In this document: positions 17,158 to 26,173 of the stretch, piece after piece
Layout of the letters: the number at the start of each line of letters is the position of its first letter
Numbering within the stretch: the first letter of the stretch is position 1
From: Sulfuricellaceae bacterium
Lineage (GTDB): Bacteria; Pseudomonadota; Gammaproteobacteria; Burkholderiales; Sulfuricellaceae
NCBI GenBank assembly: GCA_041674485.1
Contig: JBAYVP010000002.1
Location: 9,897 to 73,896 of the forward strand
Direction: 5' to 3'
DNA length: 64,000 nt
Position numbers and translations under genes: made by a program
The notes under the pieces: generated by a model
What the model was told of the DNA's origin: nothing
The model's input: the letters and a program-made list of their open reading frames with translations, nothing else
The model's database searches: none

Positions 17158-18690
17158 TCAGGCCGCAGGTTTCTTGGCAGCGCTACGCGACCACCACAAC
17201 AGCCCTGCCACAAACAGTCCCGCGACCAGCAACGCCAGAACAATAGGCTTGGAACCGGTAGCCGGCTTCAACAACAGCCAATACCAGGTAGTCATGGTGT
17301 GCTTTGAGCCTTTCTCACTATTATTGCTGCCATCCCAAGCGGCAAAAGCAACCGGAATGAATTTACCCTCGACAAACTGAATATCCTTCTCGGGTGCGGA
17401 AGTAGTGAGCGGCCTGGTTATCAGAGCCTTCCAGGTACCATCGCTATAAATCGCCTTGGCCTTGAGCCCGACCCCGGTCGCATCGCGTTTCTCAATCGCC
17501 TTAAAACCTTTGCTGGTCATCAGACCGAGAGTTTCTGCCGCCTCAGTAGTGCCGCTCTTCCAGTGCCAGATGTTGACCGGATGCGCGTCATCTCCCATGC
17601 CGAAATAAGGCTTTTGCATTTCCTTGGGAATCACGACGGGCAGTTGCACCGCGACGCCGTCTTCCGCAATCGGCGCATCGGCCAGCTTACCCGCGCTATC
17701 ATCCCCCGGAATGCTCTTGGTGCGGTCATCCCACTCCAGCAGCATCGCAATCGACTTGCTGTTATACATCGCGCGCACCGTAATGGAGTCATTGGAAGGC
17801 GTGAAATAACGCTCCTCGCCGATGATTTGCGGAACCAGAGCGAAAGTGGTCGGGGTAGACTTTTCCCAGCGTTCATCTTCCGGCGTAGCGGGCAATTCGC
17901 CCTCCACCATGTCCGCCTTGACCACGGTGTTTTCCGCATTAACCAGTTTATCGGTCTTGGCTAATGACGCCACATAGTTAGCTACATGCCAAATTTCTTC
18001 GGTCGTGAGCTTCTTTTTACTCGCTGGATCGATGAAGGATGGCATCGCAGTACCAGGGATACCGGTAGAAACCCGCGTAAAGATGTCCTTCGGATCATTG
18101 CTGCCACGGAAAGTCCAAGGCTTGGTCAGATTGCGCGGCCAGGTACGCTCGCCGTTATCTCCTTTGAGCCGCTTGCTGGCGCTGCCCTTGCCCGACTTGC
18201 CATGACATTCCACGCAGCGGTCGCCATCCTCGAACAACTTCTTGCCCTTCTCGATACTCTCGGCAGAGCTTTTGACCTGCGAGCCGAAGTCGACCTGCTT
18301 GGCAGGAGGCTTGTCGAAACCTGCAAAGGTTTTGACATAAGCCACCAAGTCCCACATATCCTGCTCGTTCAGCAAGTCGCTCCAACCCGGCATGGCGGTG
18401 CCCGGCATACCATCGCGTATCATGCGATAGATGTCGTCATCATTGGGCGTCATATCTGCAAAATCGGATGTTTTGATCTTGTAGTTGCCGGAAGTGAAAT
18501 CCCGTGGCGGCGGATTGAGACGGTCTTTGGCCGCACCGTCACCCGCACCCTCCGCACCGTGACACCAGGTGCAGCGTTTGTCATAGATTATCTTGCCCTT
18601 GTCGGCTGCACCCGGTTTCGCCGAGGCTGACCCCGCCATAAACAGCGCAGCACAAAAGGTTAGGAAAGCCAGTTTTTTTACAGAACTCAT
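17158..18690 (-). CDS. Dihaem cytochrome c fused to an EB_dh (EbdC/NxrC/DdhC-type haem-b) domain and a C-terminal TM anchor
   Basis: Signal MSSVKKLAFLTFCAALFMAGSASA (ATG 18690). CTWCHG and CVECHG motifs. EB_dh-like block ITVRAMYNSKSIAMLLEWDDRT...DGVAVQLP...YFGMGDDAHPVNIWHWKSG. C-terminal helix IVLALLVAGLFVAGLLWW. Confidence 0.75.
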   Translation of the reverse strand: MSSVKKLAFLTFCAALFMAGSASAKPGAADKGKIIYDKRCTWCHGAEGAGDGAAKDRLNPPPRDFTSGNYKIKTSDFADMTPNDDDIYRMIRDGMPGTAMPGWSDLLNEQDMWDLVAYVKTFAGFDKPPAKQVDFGSQVKSSAESIEKGKKLFEDGDRCVECHGKSGKGSASKRLKGDNGERTWPRNLTKPWTFRGSNDPKDIFTRVSTGIPGTAMPSFIDPASKKKLTTEEIWHVANYVASLAKTDKLVNAENTVVKADMVEGELPATPEDERWEKSTPTTFALVPQIIGEERYFTPSNDSITVRAMYNSKSIAMLLEWDDRTKSIPGDDSAGKLADAPIAEDGVAVQLPVVIPKEMQKPYFGMGDDAHPVNIWHWKSGTTEAAETLGLMTSKGFKAIEKRDATGVGLKAKAIYSDGTWKALITRPLTTSAPEKDIQFVEGKFIPVAFAAWDGSNNSEKGSKHTMTTWYWLLLKPATGSKPIVLALLVAGLFVAGLLWWSRSAAKKPAA

Positions 18691-18709
18691 AATTATTCCC
18701 AATCGCAGA

Positions 18710-19492
18710 TTATTCATTTGCCCACGACCTTGGCCGTCTGCCCGTGTAGTCATACAGGTACAGGATAACTTTCCATATCTCATCCTCGGTCAAGAAGTTC
18801 TGCCAGATGGGCATGGATGAAATCCACGGCGCTGCCTCAGCAGGCAAGCCCGGGCCGCCGGTGGCGATACGCCAGAACAGGAAAGATTCCTGCAACTGCG
18901 CGATGGTGCCCACGTCCTGGAAATTGAGCGGCGTGGGGTTCAGACCCGATGCATAAGGTCCCTTGCCATCCAATTTGTCGCCGTGGCAATACTGGCAGTT
19001 TTGAATGTAAACATTGCCGCCCGCCTTGACTAGCTCGGCAAACTTTGCCAGATCTTCCTTCTCGAGTTTGCGATAGGGATTTTCCAGCTTGGTCAGGTCA
19101 AAGCTCTTGCCATACGCCTTAAACTTGTTGGGCGGCGCGGGGTGGATGGTGCGCAGCTCCACCGGTGCCTCGAAACTGGGCATCAGACTCGAGTAGGTGT
19201 AGTAGCCAGCCAGCAGCGGCACAATCACAAATACCACATTGCGCAGCATTTTCTTGGAGGGATCCTCGACCAAAGCCTTGATGGGACCCACCAGCTCCTG
19301 TGCCCCTTCCTCAGTGAAAGTAAATACCATCACAACCCCGGCCACCACGAACACCATATACATGGTAAGCAGGCTCTTGGGGATCAACTGTCCCAGAATC
19401 ACGTCGAAAACCAGGATGAAGCTGAAAAATACCCCCAGTATGACCAGGGCGAGTTGCAACAAACGGGGAATGCGTCTTTTCTGTGTTGTCAT
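18710..19492 (-). CDS. Membrane-bound monohaem cytochrome c (three N-terminal TM helices)
   Basis: TM helices LLQLALVILGVFFSFILVF, MYMVFVVAGVVMVFTF and VVFVIVPLLAGYY, then NCQYCHGDKLDGKGP and a distal SSMPIW. Confidence 0.75.
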   Translation of the reverse strand: MTTQKRRIPRLLQLALVILGVFFSFILVFDVILGQLIPKSLLTMYMVFVVAGVVMVFTFTEEGAQELVGPIKALVEDPSKKMLRNVVFVIVPLLAGYYTYSSLMPSFEAPVELRTIHPAPPNKFKAYGKSFDLTKLENPYRKLEKEDLAKFAELVKAGGNVYIQNCQYCHGDKLDGKGPYASGLNPTPLNFQDVGTIAQLQESFLFWRIATGGPGLPAEAAPWISSMPIWQNFLTEDEIWKVILYLYDYTGRRPRSWANE

Positions 19493-19494
19493 GA

Positions 19495-20304
19495 TTATTT
19501 CAACCCTGCCATATAATTAACCAGCAACTCAAGCTCTTGCGCTTTCAATTGCTCCCCATAGGTCTTAGGCATCATGCCCCCGGCAAATCCTTTTGCGATA
19601 ACCGCATCGGGATCGAGCAGCGCCTGGCGCAAATATTCCTTGCCCTGCTTTGCACCAATCTTGGACAGATCGGGCCCCAGCGCGCCAGTCTGATCCAGAA
19701 TTTTATGGCACATGCCACAGGTATACTTGGCGATGACCTCTTCAGCCGTTTTTAGCGGAGCGGCTTCTTCTGCCTTTGGCGCCTCTGCACCAGCGGCGGG
19801 CATGGCTGGAATAACGACCGTCACTTCGGCACCACCCGAGTCCTGGAGATAGGCGATAACAGCGGCAACTTCGGCCTCGTTCAGACCGATCCCACCACCC
19901 GTCACGTCCGGCATCGGGCTTTCGGTATCGTTGGTTCCCGCTTTACCAAATCCAGAAACCACATAGGCCGAAGGCTTAACCATCGCCTCGTGGATATACT
20001 CCTCGACCGTTTTTGCCGTACCTTTGTAATTGGGGCTCTTCATATGCTCATCTGCCTTCGCTCCGATCGTGTCGAGCATTGGCGCCCGGCCCATCGAGTT
20101 ATGGCACAGCGTACAAGTCCCCTTGCCGTTATATATCTTGCCGCCCAGCGCGATGAACTGATCCATAGTCATCGCGCCGAGATCCAGCTTCTCCTCTACG
20201 GGGGGCGGCGCGGGTTTAATCGTCGGGATGCCGAAATTCGAATACCCCCAGAATGCACCCACCATCAAGATACTGAAAATGGAAACCTTAAGAAAATTGG
20301 TCAT
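19495..20304 (-). CDS. Dihaem c-type cytochrome, membrane-anchored or exported
   Basis: CTLCHN and CGMCHK motifs. ATG 20304 forms an ATGA overlap with the stop of the bd-like gene (20301-20303). The longer TTG start at 20319 is less likely. Confidence 0.8.
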   Translation of the reverse strand: MTNFLKVSIFSILMVGAFWGYSNFGIPTIKPAPPPVEEKLDLGAMTMDQFIALGGKIYNGKGTCTLCHNSMGRAPMLDTIGAKADEHMKSPNYKGTAKTVEEYIHEAMVKPSAYVVSGFGKAGTNDTESPMPDVTGGGIGLNEAEVAAVIAYLQDSGGAEVTVVIPAMPAAGAEAPKAEEAAPLKTAEEVIAKYTCGMCHKILDQTGALGPDLSKIGAKQGKEYLRQALLDPDAVIAKGFAGGMMPKTYGEQLKAQELELLVNYMAGLK

Positions 20305-22226
20305 GCTTGTTCCTTCCAATAACCTTTTGCAACCACATGTTTGCCACTGATCGTGCTCAACCAGAACACAAAGATGACCATGGCCATGAATATGAGCGTA
20401 CCAGTCGATACGATGTTGGCCGCATAACCCAGATCCGGCGTAAAGGCATCCGGAGAATTATCGCGGAATACGTTGGACACATGCCAGTGCTGGCGGATGG
20501 CAGAACGGACATAGCCCATCAGCCCCATCAGCCAGGTGAAGGACACCGCCAGCAGAAACAGCGCGTACTGCGAACGGTTGGGCATACGCCCCCAGTGCAG
20601 CGGCGCCACTTCCTTCGCACCCTTGTACATGAACGAGTCAAGCACCAAGCTGAGAATGATGACAACCAAGGTGGTCAGAACCTGCGGTATGGAGGCCGCA
20701 ACCTTGTACACCGTATTGGTGAAATAACCGTAATAGATACCCAGCACCAGGATGTTGAGTGCGGCCGTAACAAACAGGGCGATCTGCGCCGCGTTGCCTG
20801 CTTTGACCCAGGAAACGGTAGCAATTTTATTGGCGCGCCGGTAATACAGGAAACTCAAGAAAGTGCCCAAAAGCAAAAAGTTCACCGCCGTGTTTTTGGC
20901 CGGCATGATGCCGAACACCCCCAGATATTGGTGGTACGGTCCGCCCAAGCTCTTGAGTTCTGAATTGGTCAGCACCAGCGTGTGCGGCGTGAACCACACC
21001 AGGAAAGCAGCCACCAGGACAATGGCGATATATTTGATCTTGGGGTTGTAGCGATAAGCGCCATCGCTGCGCCCTATACCACACCAGAGATAATAGTTGG
21101 CCGACAGGAACAGGGCGCCGATCAGTACGGCCTGGATGATGAACAGCCAGGCAAACGCGCCGCCCATCAGGGTGATACCCATTTGCTGGCTATAGGCATA
21201 TATTTCTGCGGTGAGATAGTAGCCCGCGAAAGGCAACGGCAACAGCGCCGCTATCGCGATGAAGTTGGCGTTGTAACCCATCCAGTCATAGTGGGCGCGC
21301 TCTTTTGCATTTTTGGCGCTAAGAAACTTGAAGGCGGCATAGGCACCCACAACCGAACCGCCATAAGCCACGTTGGCGACCACCCGGTGTATGTTGATCG
21401 GATTCCACAGGAAGTTGTGAAGCGCAGCCCAGGTATCGCCATGGAACACACCCGCCGGATCCAGGCCCGCCGGGCTCATCATGAAAGTCGTCCATGCGTT
21501 GGCCAGGAACATCAGCAAGCAACCGACCGCATTGAGCAGCAAACCAAAAGTCAGGTGTACCCACTTCTTGTTGCCACCCTGGAGCCAGTGCCAGCCATAA
21601 TAATAAATATACAAGACCGCGCTCTCGGCAAAGAACAGCAGCGCATACGCCCACATGCTTTCCTTGAAGACTGCGGCCATATATTTGAATAAATCCGGGT
21701 AGAACAGGATCAGACCGAAGGATAGCAAGCCGCCCAGAAGCGCGGTGAGCGAGTAGGCGGTGATACTGACCTTGATGAACTCGTAAGCCATGTTATCATA
21801 GCGCTCATCCCGTGTCCACATACCGATGGCCTCGATGATGAACACAAACATCGGTACCGCCACGACAAACGCACCAAACCACAGATGCAACTGCGCTACC
21901 AGCCATACTGCCACCCGTGAATTCACCCCTTGAATCTTGGGGTAATCCGCCTCGGTCAATTTTGGCACGGGGATGGAAACCCCCGCCGCCGCATCTGGAG
22001 CGGCATCTGCCTTGGCCGCAGCAGCAGCGTGTGCAGGTGCGGGTGCGGCGGGTGCCGCTGCGGATGCTGTCGCTGCGGCAGGCGCTTCAGCAGCCGCAGG
22101 CGCGACCGCAGACGCTGCTGCCTCGGATGCGTTCGCGACAGGCGTGAAGGCAGGCAGCATAAACATGGCGAAAACCGCCAATAAAAATGCCCCGCCGATT
22201 AATCTTATATTATTTCTTGTTAGCAA
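20301..22226 (-). CDS. Cytochrome bd subunit I-like (CydA-like, 'bd-like oxidase') polytopic membrane protein with an Ala/Pro-rich N-terminal linker
   Basis: Collinear with CydA: VAQLHLWFGAFVVAVPMF (His19 region), FFAESAVLYIYYYGW (FLESTF..FFFGW), VHLTFGLLLNAVGCLLMFLANAWTTFMMSP, NIHRVVANVAYGG (His186 region). No cydB follows. N-terminal low-complexity stretch ASEAAASAVAPAAAEAPAAATASAAAPAAPAPAHAAAAAKADAAPDAAAG. Confidence 0.8.
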   Translation of the reverse strand: MLTRNNIRLIGGAFLLAVFAMFMLPAFTPVANASEAAASAVAPAAAEAPAAATASAAAPAAPAPAHAAAAAKADAAPDAAAGVSIPVPKLTEADYPKIQGVNSRVAVWLVAQLHLWFGAFVVAVPMFVFIIEAIGMWTRDERYDNMAYEFIKVSITAYSLTALLGGLLSFGLILFYPDLFKYMAAVFKESMWAYALLFFAESAVLYIYYYGWHWLQGGNKKWVHLTFGLLLNAVGCLLMFLANAWTTFMMSPAGLDPAGVFHGDTWAALHNFLWNPINIHRVVANVAYGGSVVGAYAAFKFLSAKNAKERAHYDWMGYNANFIAIAALLPLPFAGYYLTAEIYAYSQQMGITLMGGAFAWLFIIQAVLIGALFLSANYYLWCGIGRSDGAYRYNPKIKYIAIVLVAAFLVWFTPHTLVLTNSELKSLGGPYHQYLGVFGIMPAKNTAVNFLLLGTFLSFLYYRRANKIATVSWVKAGNAAQIALFVTAALNILVLGIYYGYFTNTVYKVAASIPQVLTTLVVIILSLVLDSFMYKGAKEVAPLHWGRMPNRSQYALFLLAVSFTWLMGLMGYVRSAIRQHWHVSNVFRDNSPDAFTPDLGYAANIVSTGTLIFMAMVIFVFWLSTISGKHVVAKGYWKEQA

Positions 22227-22339
22227 GATTTACTCCCGATTTTTTCGATATACCGTATTAGAAAGGCCAGTCCGGTTCCAGGCACGCTTGCACCATAAAC
22301 ATTAAGGAAGCACCTCCTCAAGCGAAGGCAACCAATCAC

Positions 22340-22456
22340 TTAATGGTTAAACGTCAGCGTCAACCCCTGAAGATGCATCATGGCGAAATCCAAACCAAAA
22401 AATACGGCGCCAAAGACAACAAACGCACCGACGAATGGTAAAAAATAATCTTTCAT
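22340..22456 (-). CDS. Possible 38 aa single-TM peptide between the 63 aa ORF and the bd-like gene
   Basis: MKDYFLPFVGAFVVFGAVFFGLDFAMMHLQGLTLTFNH, read by hand from the minus strand (too short for the ORF track). It fills the gap just upstream of the bd-like gene. There is no homology evidence. Confidence 0.3.
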   Translation of the reverse strand: MKDYFLPFVGAFVVFGAVFFGLDFAMMHLQGLTLTFNH

Positions 22457-22460
22457 GTCG

Positions 22461-22652
22461 TTACGCCCTCAAAAACCACGTAAAAAAAACAATCAATGCA
22501 ATCAGGGTCGCCACAAAAAAAGCCGGCCCCGCCCAAGGGTACTTCGATTTTTCACTCTCTTCTGGTATCGGATTATGGTAGAACCCGGTGGCATCGATAA
22601 ACTTGTCGTTCGGATTCTCGCCGTCCACCTCATGTGTTGCATTTGCGCTCAT
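22461..22652 (-). CDS. Small single-TM protein at the head of the bd-like operon
   Basis: 63 aa: hydrophilic N-terminus, then AGPAFFVATLIALIVFFTWFL. Confidence 0.4.
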   Translation of the reverse strand: MSANATHEVDGENPNDKFIDATGFYHNPIPEESEKSKYPWAGPAFFVATLIALIVFFTWFLRA

Positions 22653-22704
22653 ACTCCACCCCTTCTATCAGCGATTTACCTGCTTGTTGCGGACACAAAA
22701 CCAC

Positions 22705-22732
22705 CCCAAGGGGAAGAAACCTCCCCCTTGGG
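22705..22732 (-). terminator. Rho-independent terminator separating the cytochrome c pair from the bd-like operon
   Basis: CCCAAGGGG-N10-CCCCTTGGG (9 bp perfect stem), followed on the minus strand by GUGGUUUUGUGU. Confidence 0.55.
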
Positions 22733-22876
22733 ATATCGTCTAGCTTCTTATAAGACAAAGTAATACAAGATCAGGCAACTGAAGATGACATTTATCATCA
22801 TCCCGGAAAAAATAAGCCCGTCAGCAAGATATTTTTTGTTCAGGTATTTTTTCATTCAGGCCACGCGTCCTCTATC

Positions 22877-23227
22877 CTATTTGGCCAGTTTGCGGATATA
22901 GGCCAGCAGCCCGTCCACATCCGCTGCACTGAGAGTAGCTCCCCAAGGCGGCATCAAAGGCGACTTACTGATGGCGGGGCCGCCATCCCTGATGACCGTC
23001 TTGATATCTTCATCGGTACGCTTGGCCATATCTTCCTTGTTGGTGAAATTACGCGGATCGGTGGCAAAATCCTTGGTGACGTTAACACCCTTGCCATCTC
23101 CTGCGGTTCCGTGGCACTGGGCGCAATAAAAATCAAATATCTCTTTTGTATCTGCTGCTTGCGCTGAGCCTGCTGCACCCATAACCAAGCCAAACACCGT
23201 AGCTGCTACTATTACAAATCTCGACAT
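22877..23227 (-). CDS. Class I monohaem c-type cytochrome
   Basis: ATG 23227 lies 7 nt after GGAGGA. Signal MSRFVIVAATVFGLVMGAAGSAQA. CAQCHG motif and a distal LMPPW. Confidence 0.8.
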   Translation of the reverse strand: MSRFVIVAATVFGLVMGAAGSAQAADTKEIFDFYCAQCHGTAGDGKGVNVTKDFATDPRNFTNKEDMAKRTDEDIKTVIRDGGPAISKSPLMPPWGATLSAADVDGLLAYIRKLAK

Positions 23228-23251
23228 GAGTTTATCCTCCATTCGTTCGCA

Positions 23252-23905
23252 TTACTCGAAAGAAGCCACATACGCAGCTACGTTCTCCAGGTCTTTCGGA
23301 TTAAGCACGCTGCCAAAGTCCGGCATATCCCGAACCGGTTTGAATGCTTTGATGTTTGCCATATAGGCGTAAATCCAATCAGGATTCAAGCGCTTGCTGG
23401 CTCCAACCAAGGAAGGTCCGCTCTTCCCACCGCGTACTGCGCCCTTATCCGAGTATTCGTGACATCCGCTACATGGCATTTTCTTGGCAAAAATATTCTT
23501 GCCCTGCACGTTACTGCCCGCCTTGATCACGCCCGCCTTGACTTCCTTCGAGGTCAGCCCCATCAGGAATTCCGAAACTGCAGCCGCATCTCCAGCAGAC
23601 ATCTTGGGATGATCACCCGCGTTCTTGTCGGTGAGCGAGTTATATTTCATCGGGCGAATCGGCTTGGGAGCCTGCAGCCACGCCGTGAGCCAATCCTTCT
23701 GGAATTTACTGCCGGCATAAAATAGTTCCGGCCCCTTCTTTGCCAATTGATCCGCTATCGTTTTTTCTTTCGCTGGACCATCGGTGTAATGGCAACTGGC
23801 GCAACTCTTCTTAAAAATCGCATCTCCACCAGCCGCGTAGCTGGGCGCTGTCATTGTGACCAGCAAAGCCGCCCCAAGGGAAACGGTGACTGCGAGCAAT
23901 CTCAT
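23252..23905 (-). CDS. Dihaem c-type cytochrome
   Basis: Signal MRLLAVTVSLGAALLVTMTAPSYA. CASCHY and CSGCHE motifs. Confidence 0.8.
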   Translation of the reverse strand: MRLLAVTVSLGAALLVTMTAPSYAAGGDAIFKKSCASCHYTDGPAKEKTIADQLAKKGPELFYAGSKFQKDWLTAWLQAPKPIRPMKYNSLTDKNAGDHPKMSAGDAAAVSEFLMGLTSKEVKAGVIKAGSNVQGKNIFAKKMPCSGCHEYSDKGAVRGGKSGPSLVGASKRLNPDWIYAYMANIKAFKPVRDMPDFGSVLNPKDLENVAAYVASFE

Positions 23906-24212
23906 GTCATAACTCCTTTCGATTTTTTACTTCTGTGGATTTGAAAATAAAGGCGAACTGATACGCGTTATTATTATTTTGTTTTTTATTATTTTTAAGT
24001 ACAAGCCAGCAACAGCCTGCACGGTACAACTCATACACCACACCAGATGGCTTGGTATCGCATACGGCTACCCATGCAGCTTTATAGCTCCTTATTGGAT
24101 GGCGGGCGAAATATAGCACACCAACTTTTGTTGTCAACGCCAAAATAATCCAAGCAATTAACTCAAGTATTAAGTTATTGAGATTAGAGCCGCTCCAAGA
24201 GATATAGAGCAA

Positions 24213-25640
24213 TCAATCGATGATCTTGACGCGTTGCCCCGCCTGCAGTTCGCCGCCCGGGTATTGCGCGTTGATCAGGCGCAGGTAGCTTTCCGCCGAC
24301 TTGCCGAGCGGCGAGTTTTGCGCGAGCCTGGCGTAGGTATCGCCCTGCCGCGCAGTGATGATGCGGATGCCGAGCGGCTTGACCAGCTTGCGTTCGGCTG
24401 CGGTAATTGCATGGAAGCTGCGCACCGTATCAAAAATTTGATTGCGGTGCGCATTCAGGCCGCCGCGCGCCTTGGCCTGCGCTTGCAGGATGTAGGCGCT
24501 TTTATTGTGGTAGATCACACCGCCCATCACGTTAGGCAATTCGAAAGTCGCGGCGGGCAGGCCGTCGAGATCGAGGCGCTGAATATTCGCGCTTGAACCG
24601 ACCAGACGGCGCGCGTATTCAACCGGGGTGCCGCGCGGTTTCTGATCCATTTTCATTTGCAGCATGGCCTCGCCGCCGGGGCTGACGGCAACCAGCGCTT
24701 CGGGTTGGTTATGCACCTGCCAGGTTTCCGGGAGTTGCAGCGCAATGCCCAGCTCTCCGTGGTAAAAACGGTTGTTGCGCACCACACCCTGATCGGTATT
24801 ATCGTTGAACACCAAGCCGTCGATGGCAGCGAGAAATTCGCTGCGGCCTTCAAATGGCGAGGCGGGCGCCAGCTTGTCCGCCTCACCGACCACCTGCTTC
24901 AGGCGCGTGTCGTTGTCCGGATGCGTGGAGAACAGGCCGGAGTAGCGACGCGGCTCGCGCCCTTCCTGCTTGGCCAGCTCCGCATCCTTCAATTCCTGGT
25001 TTTTCAATACCCCGAGAACCTTGATAATGGCTTGCGGGTCGTAATCGGAACGCGCCAGATATTGCGCGCCCAAACGGTCGGCTTCGAGCTCGTGTTCGCG
25101 CCCGTAGCCGGACAGCAACGCGCCACCGAGAATGTTGGCCAAGTTTTGCCCGGCATTGGAGCCCAGTTCAGGCACGAAGATCGAAGCGACCGCCAGCCCG
25201 ATATTCGCGGCTTGTGCGGCGCTTTGCTGGCGCACGCCGTGGCGTGACGTGACGTGGCCGATTTCATGCCCCACCACGGCAGCCAGTTCCGCCTCGCTAT
25301 TGAGATAGGCCATGATGCCGCGCGTGACATAGACATAGCCGCCGGGCAGCGCGAAGGCATTAATTTCGGGAGAATCCAGTACGGCAAAGTGATATTGCAG
25401 GTTGGGGCGATGACTATTTTTTGCGAGCTTCTGGCCGACGCGGTTGACGTAATCCTGCAACACCTTTGATTCGTAAACCTGGTATTGCTTGCCGATCACC
25501 TCCTCGTTGTATTGGCGTCCGAGGGCGATTTCCTGGCTTTCCGACATCATCACAAAATCGCTTTGTCCGGTCACCGGATTCGGCGCGCAGCCGGCCAGCG
25601 GCAAAATGGCCAAGACAAGGGCAATAGTCAAAAGTCGCAT
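24213..25640 (-). CDS. M48-family Zn metalloprotease lipoprotein with a C-terminal LysM domain
   Basis: ATG 25640 after AGGAG. Lipobox ILPLAGC. HEIGH zinc motif (VVGHEIGHVTSRHG). LysM-like end ARQGDTYARLAQ...LQAGQRVKIID. Confidence 0.85.
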   Translation of the reverse strand: MRLLTIALVLAILPLAGCAPNPVTGQSDFVMMSESQEIALGRQYNEEVIGKQYQVYESKVLQDYVNRVGQKLAKNSHRPNLQYHFAVLDSPEINAFALPGGYVYVTRGIMAYLNSEAELAAVVGHEIGHVTSRHGVRQQSAAQAANIGLAVASIFVPELGSNAGQNLANILGGALLSGYGREHELEADRLGAQYLARSDYDPQAIIKVLGVLKNQELKDAELAKQEGREPRRYSGLFSTHPDNDTRLKQVVGEADKLAPASPFEGRSEFLAAIDGLVFNDNTDQGVVRNNRFYHGELGIALQLPETWQVHNQPEALVAVSPGGEAMLQMKMDQKPRGTPVEYARRLVGSSANIQRLDLDGLPAATFELPNVMGGVIYHNKSAYILQAQAKARGGLNAHRNQIFDTVRSFHAITAAERKLVKPLGIRIITARQGDTYARLAQNSPLGKSAESYLRLINAQYPGGELQAGQRVKIID

Positions 25641-25693
25641 GTCAGCTCCTGTTCGATATTGTAGTATCGGATGGCATTGTCGCCGATCCAAAT

Positions 25694-25720
25694 AAAAAAG
25701 GCAGCAAAGCTGCCTTTTTT
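25694..25720. terminator. Bidirectional hairpin terminator downstream of rpmE
   Basis: AAAAAA-GGCAGC-AAA-GCTGCC-TTTTTT. Confidence 0.8.
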
Positions 25721-25742
25721 ATTAAACAGTTGCGCAAGTTTT

Positions 25743-25958
25743 CTACGCAGCAGCTTTGGTGCCATATTTCTGGCGGAATTTATCGATACGACCAGCGGTA
25801 TCGACGATCTTCTGTGTACCGGTATAGAACGGGTGACATTCGGAGCAAACTTCGACCTTCAGTTCCGGCTTGCTCATAACTGACTTAGTCTTGAAGCTGT
25901 TGCCGCAACTGCACGTCACGGTGATTTCCTGGTAATTCGGGTGAATATCTGCTTTCAT
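25743..25958 (-). CDS. rpmE: 50S ribosomal protein L31
   Basis: [26 protein letters not shown]...[16 protein letters not shown] is the canonical L31 sequence with a CxC...CxxC zinc ribbon. Confidence 0.95.
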   Translation of the reverse strand: MKADIHPNYQEITVTCSCGNSFKTKSVMSKPELKVEVCSECHPFYTGTQKIVDTAGRIDKFRQKYGTKAAA

Positions 25959-26173
25959 TTTTTTCCTTGCGATGTATCGGTGCGGCGGGTGTACGCACTC
26001 ACGGGGCGCGCATTATCCATAAAAAGATGGGGAGGCGCAAATTTTTATAGACACGCCCGGGTTGCAGGGATTGCATCGGTATTGCCAGGCGCTGGTCGTG
26101 ACGGCTCGTATCACATAAACTCCGCATATTGATTGGCTTCAAGCCGGATCAGCCAGAACATGGAACAAATATT

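Noticed and set aside
20301-22226. Calling this gene cydA of a standard cytochrome bd quinol oxidase
   Set aside because: No cydB or cydX follows, and the operon partners are c-type cytochromes and an EB_dh protein, so it is kept as bd-like.
22748-22855. 35 aa hydrophobic minus-strand ORF (MKKYLNKKYLADGLIFSGMMINVIFSCLILYYFVL) just upstream of the terminator hairpin
   Set aside because: Its position before the hairpin is suggestive, but the RBS is poor and there is no homology evidence. It is too speculative to list as a feature.
23907-24212. 101 aa minus-strand ORF in the AT-rich gap upstream of the dihaem cytochrome c gene
   Set aside because: Its composition (an Asn/Lys run KNNKKQNNNN) reflects an AT-rich promoter-type region. 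No RBS or motif is visible. It is more likely a regulatory intergenic region.
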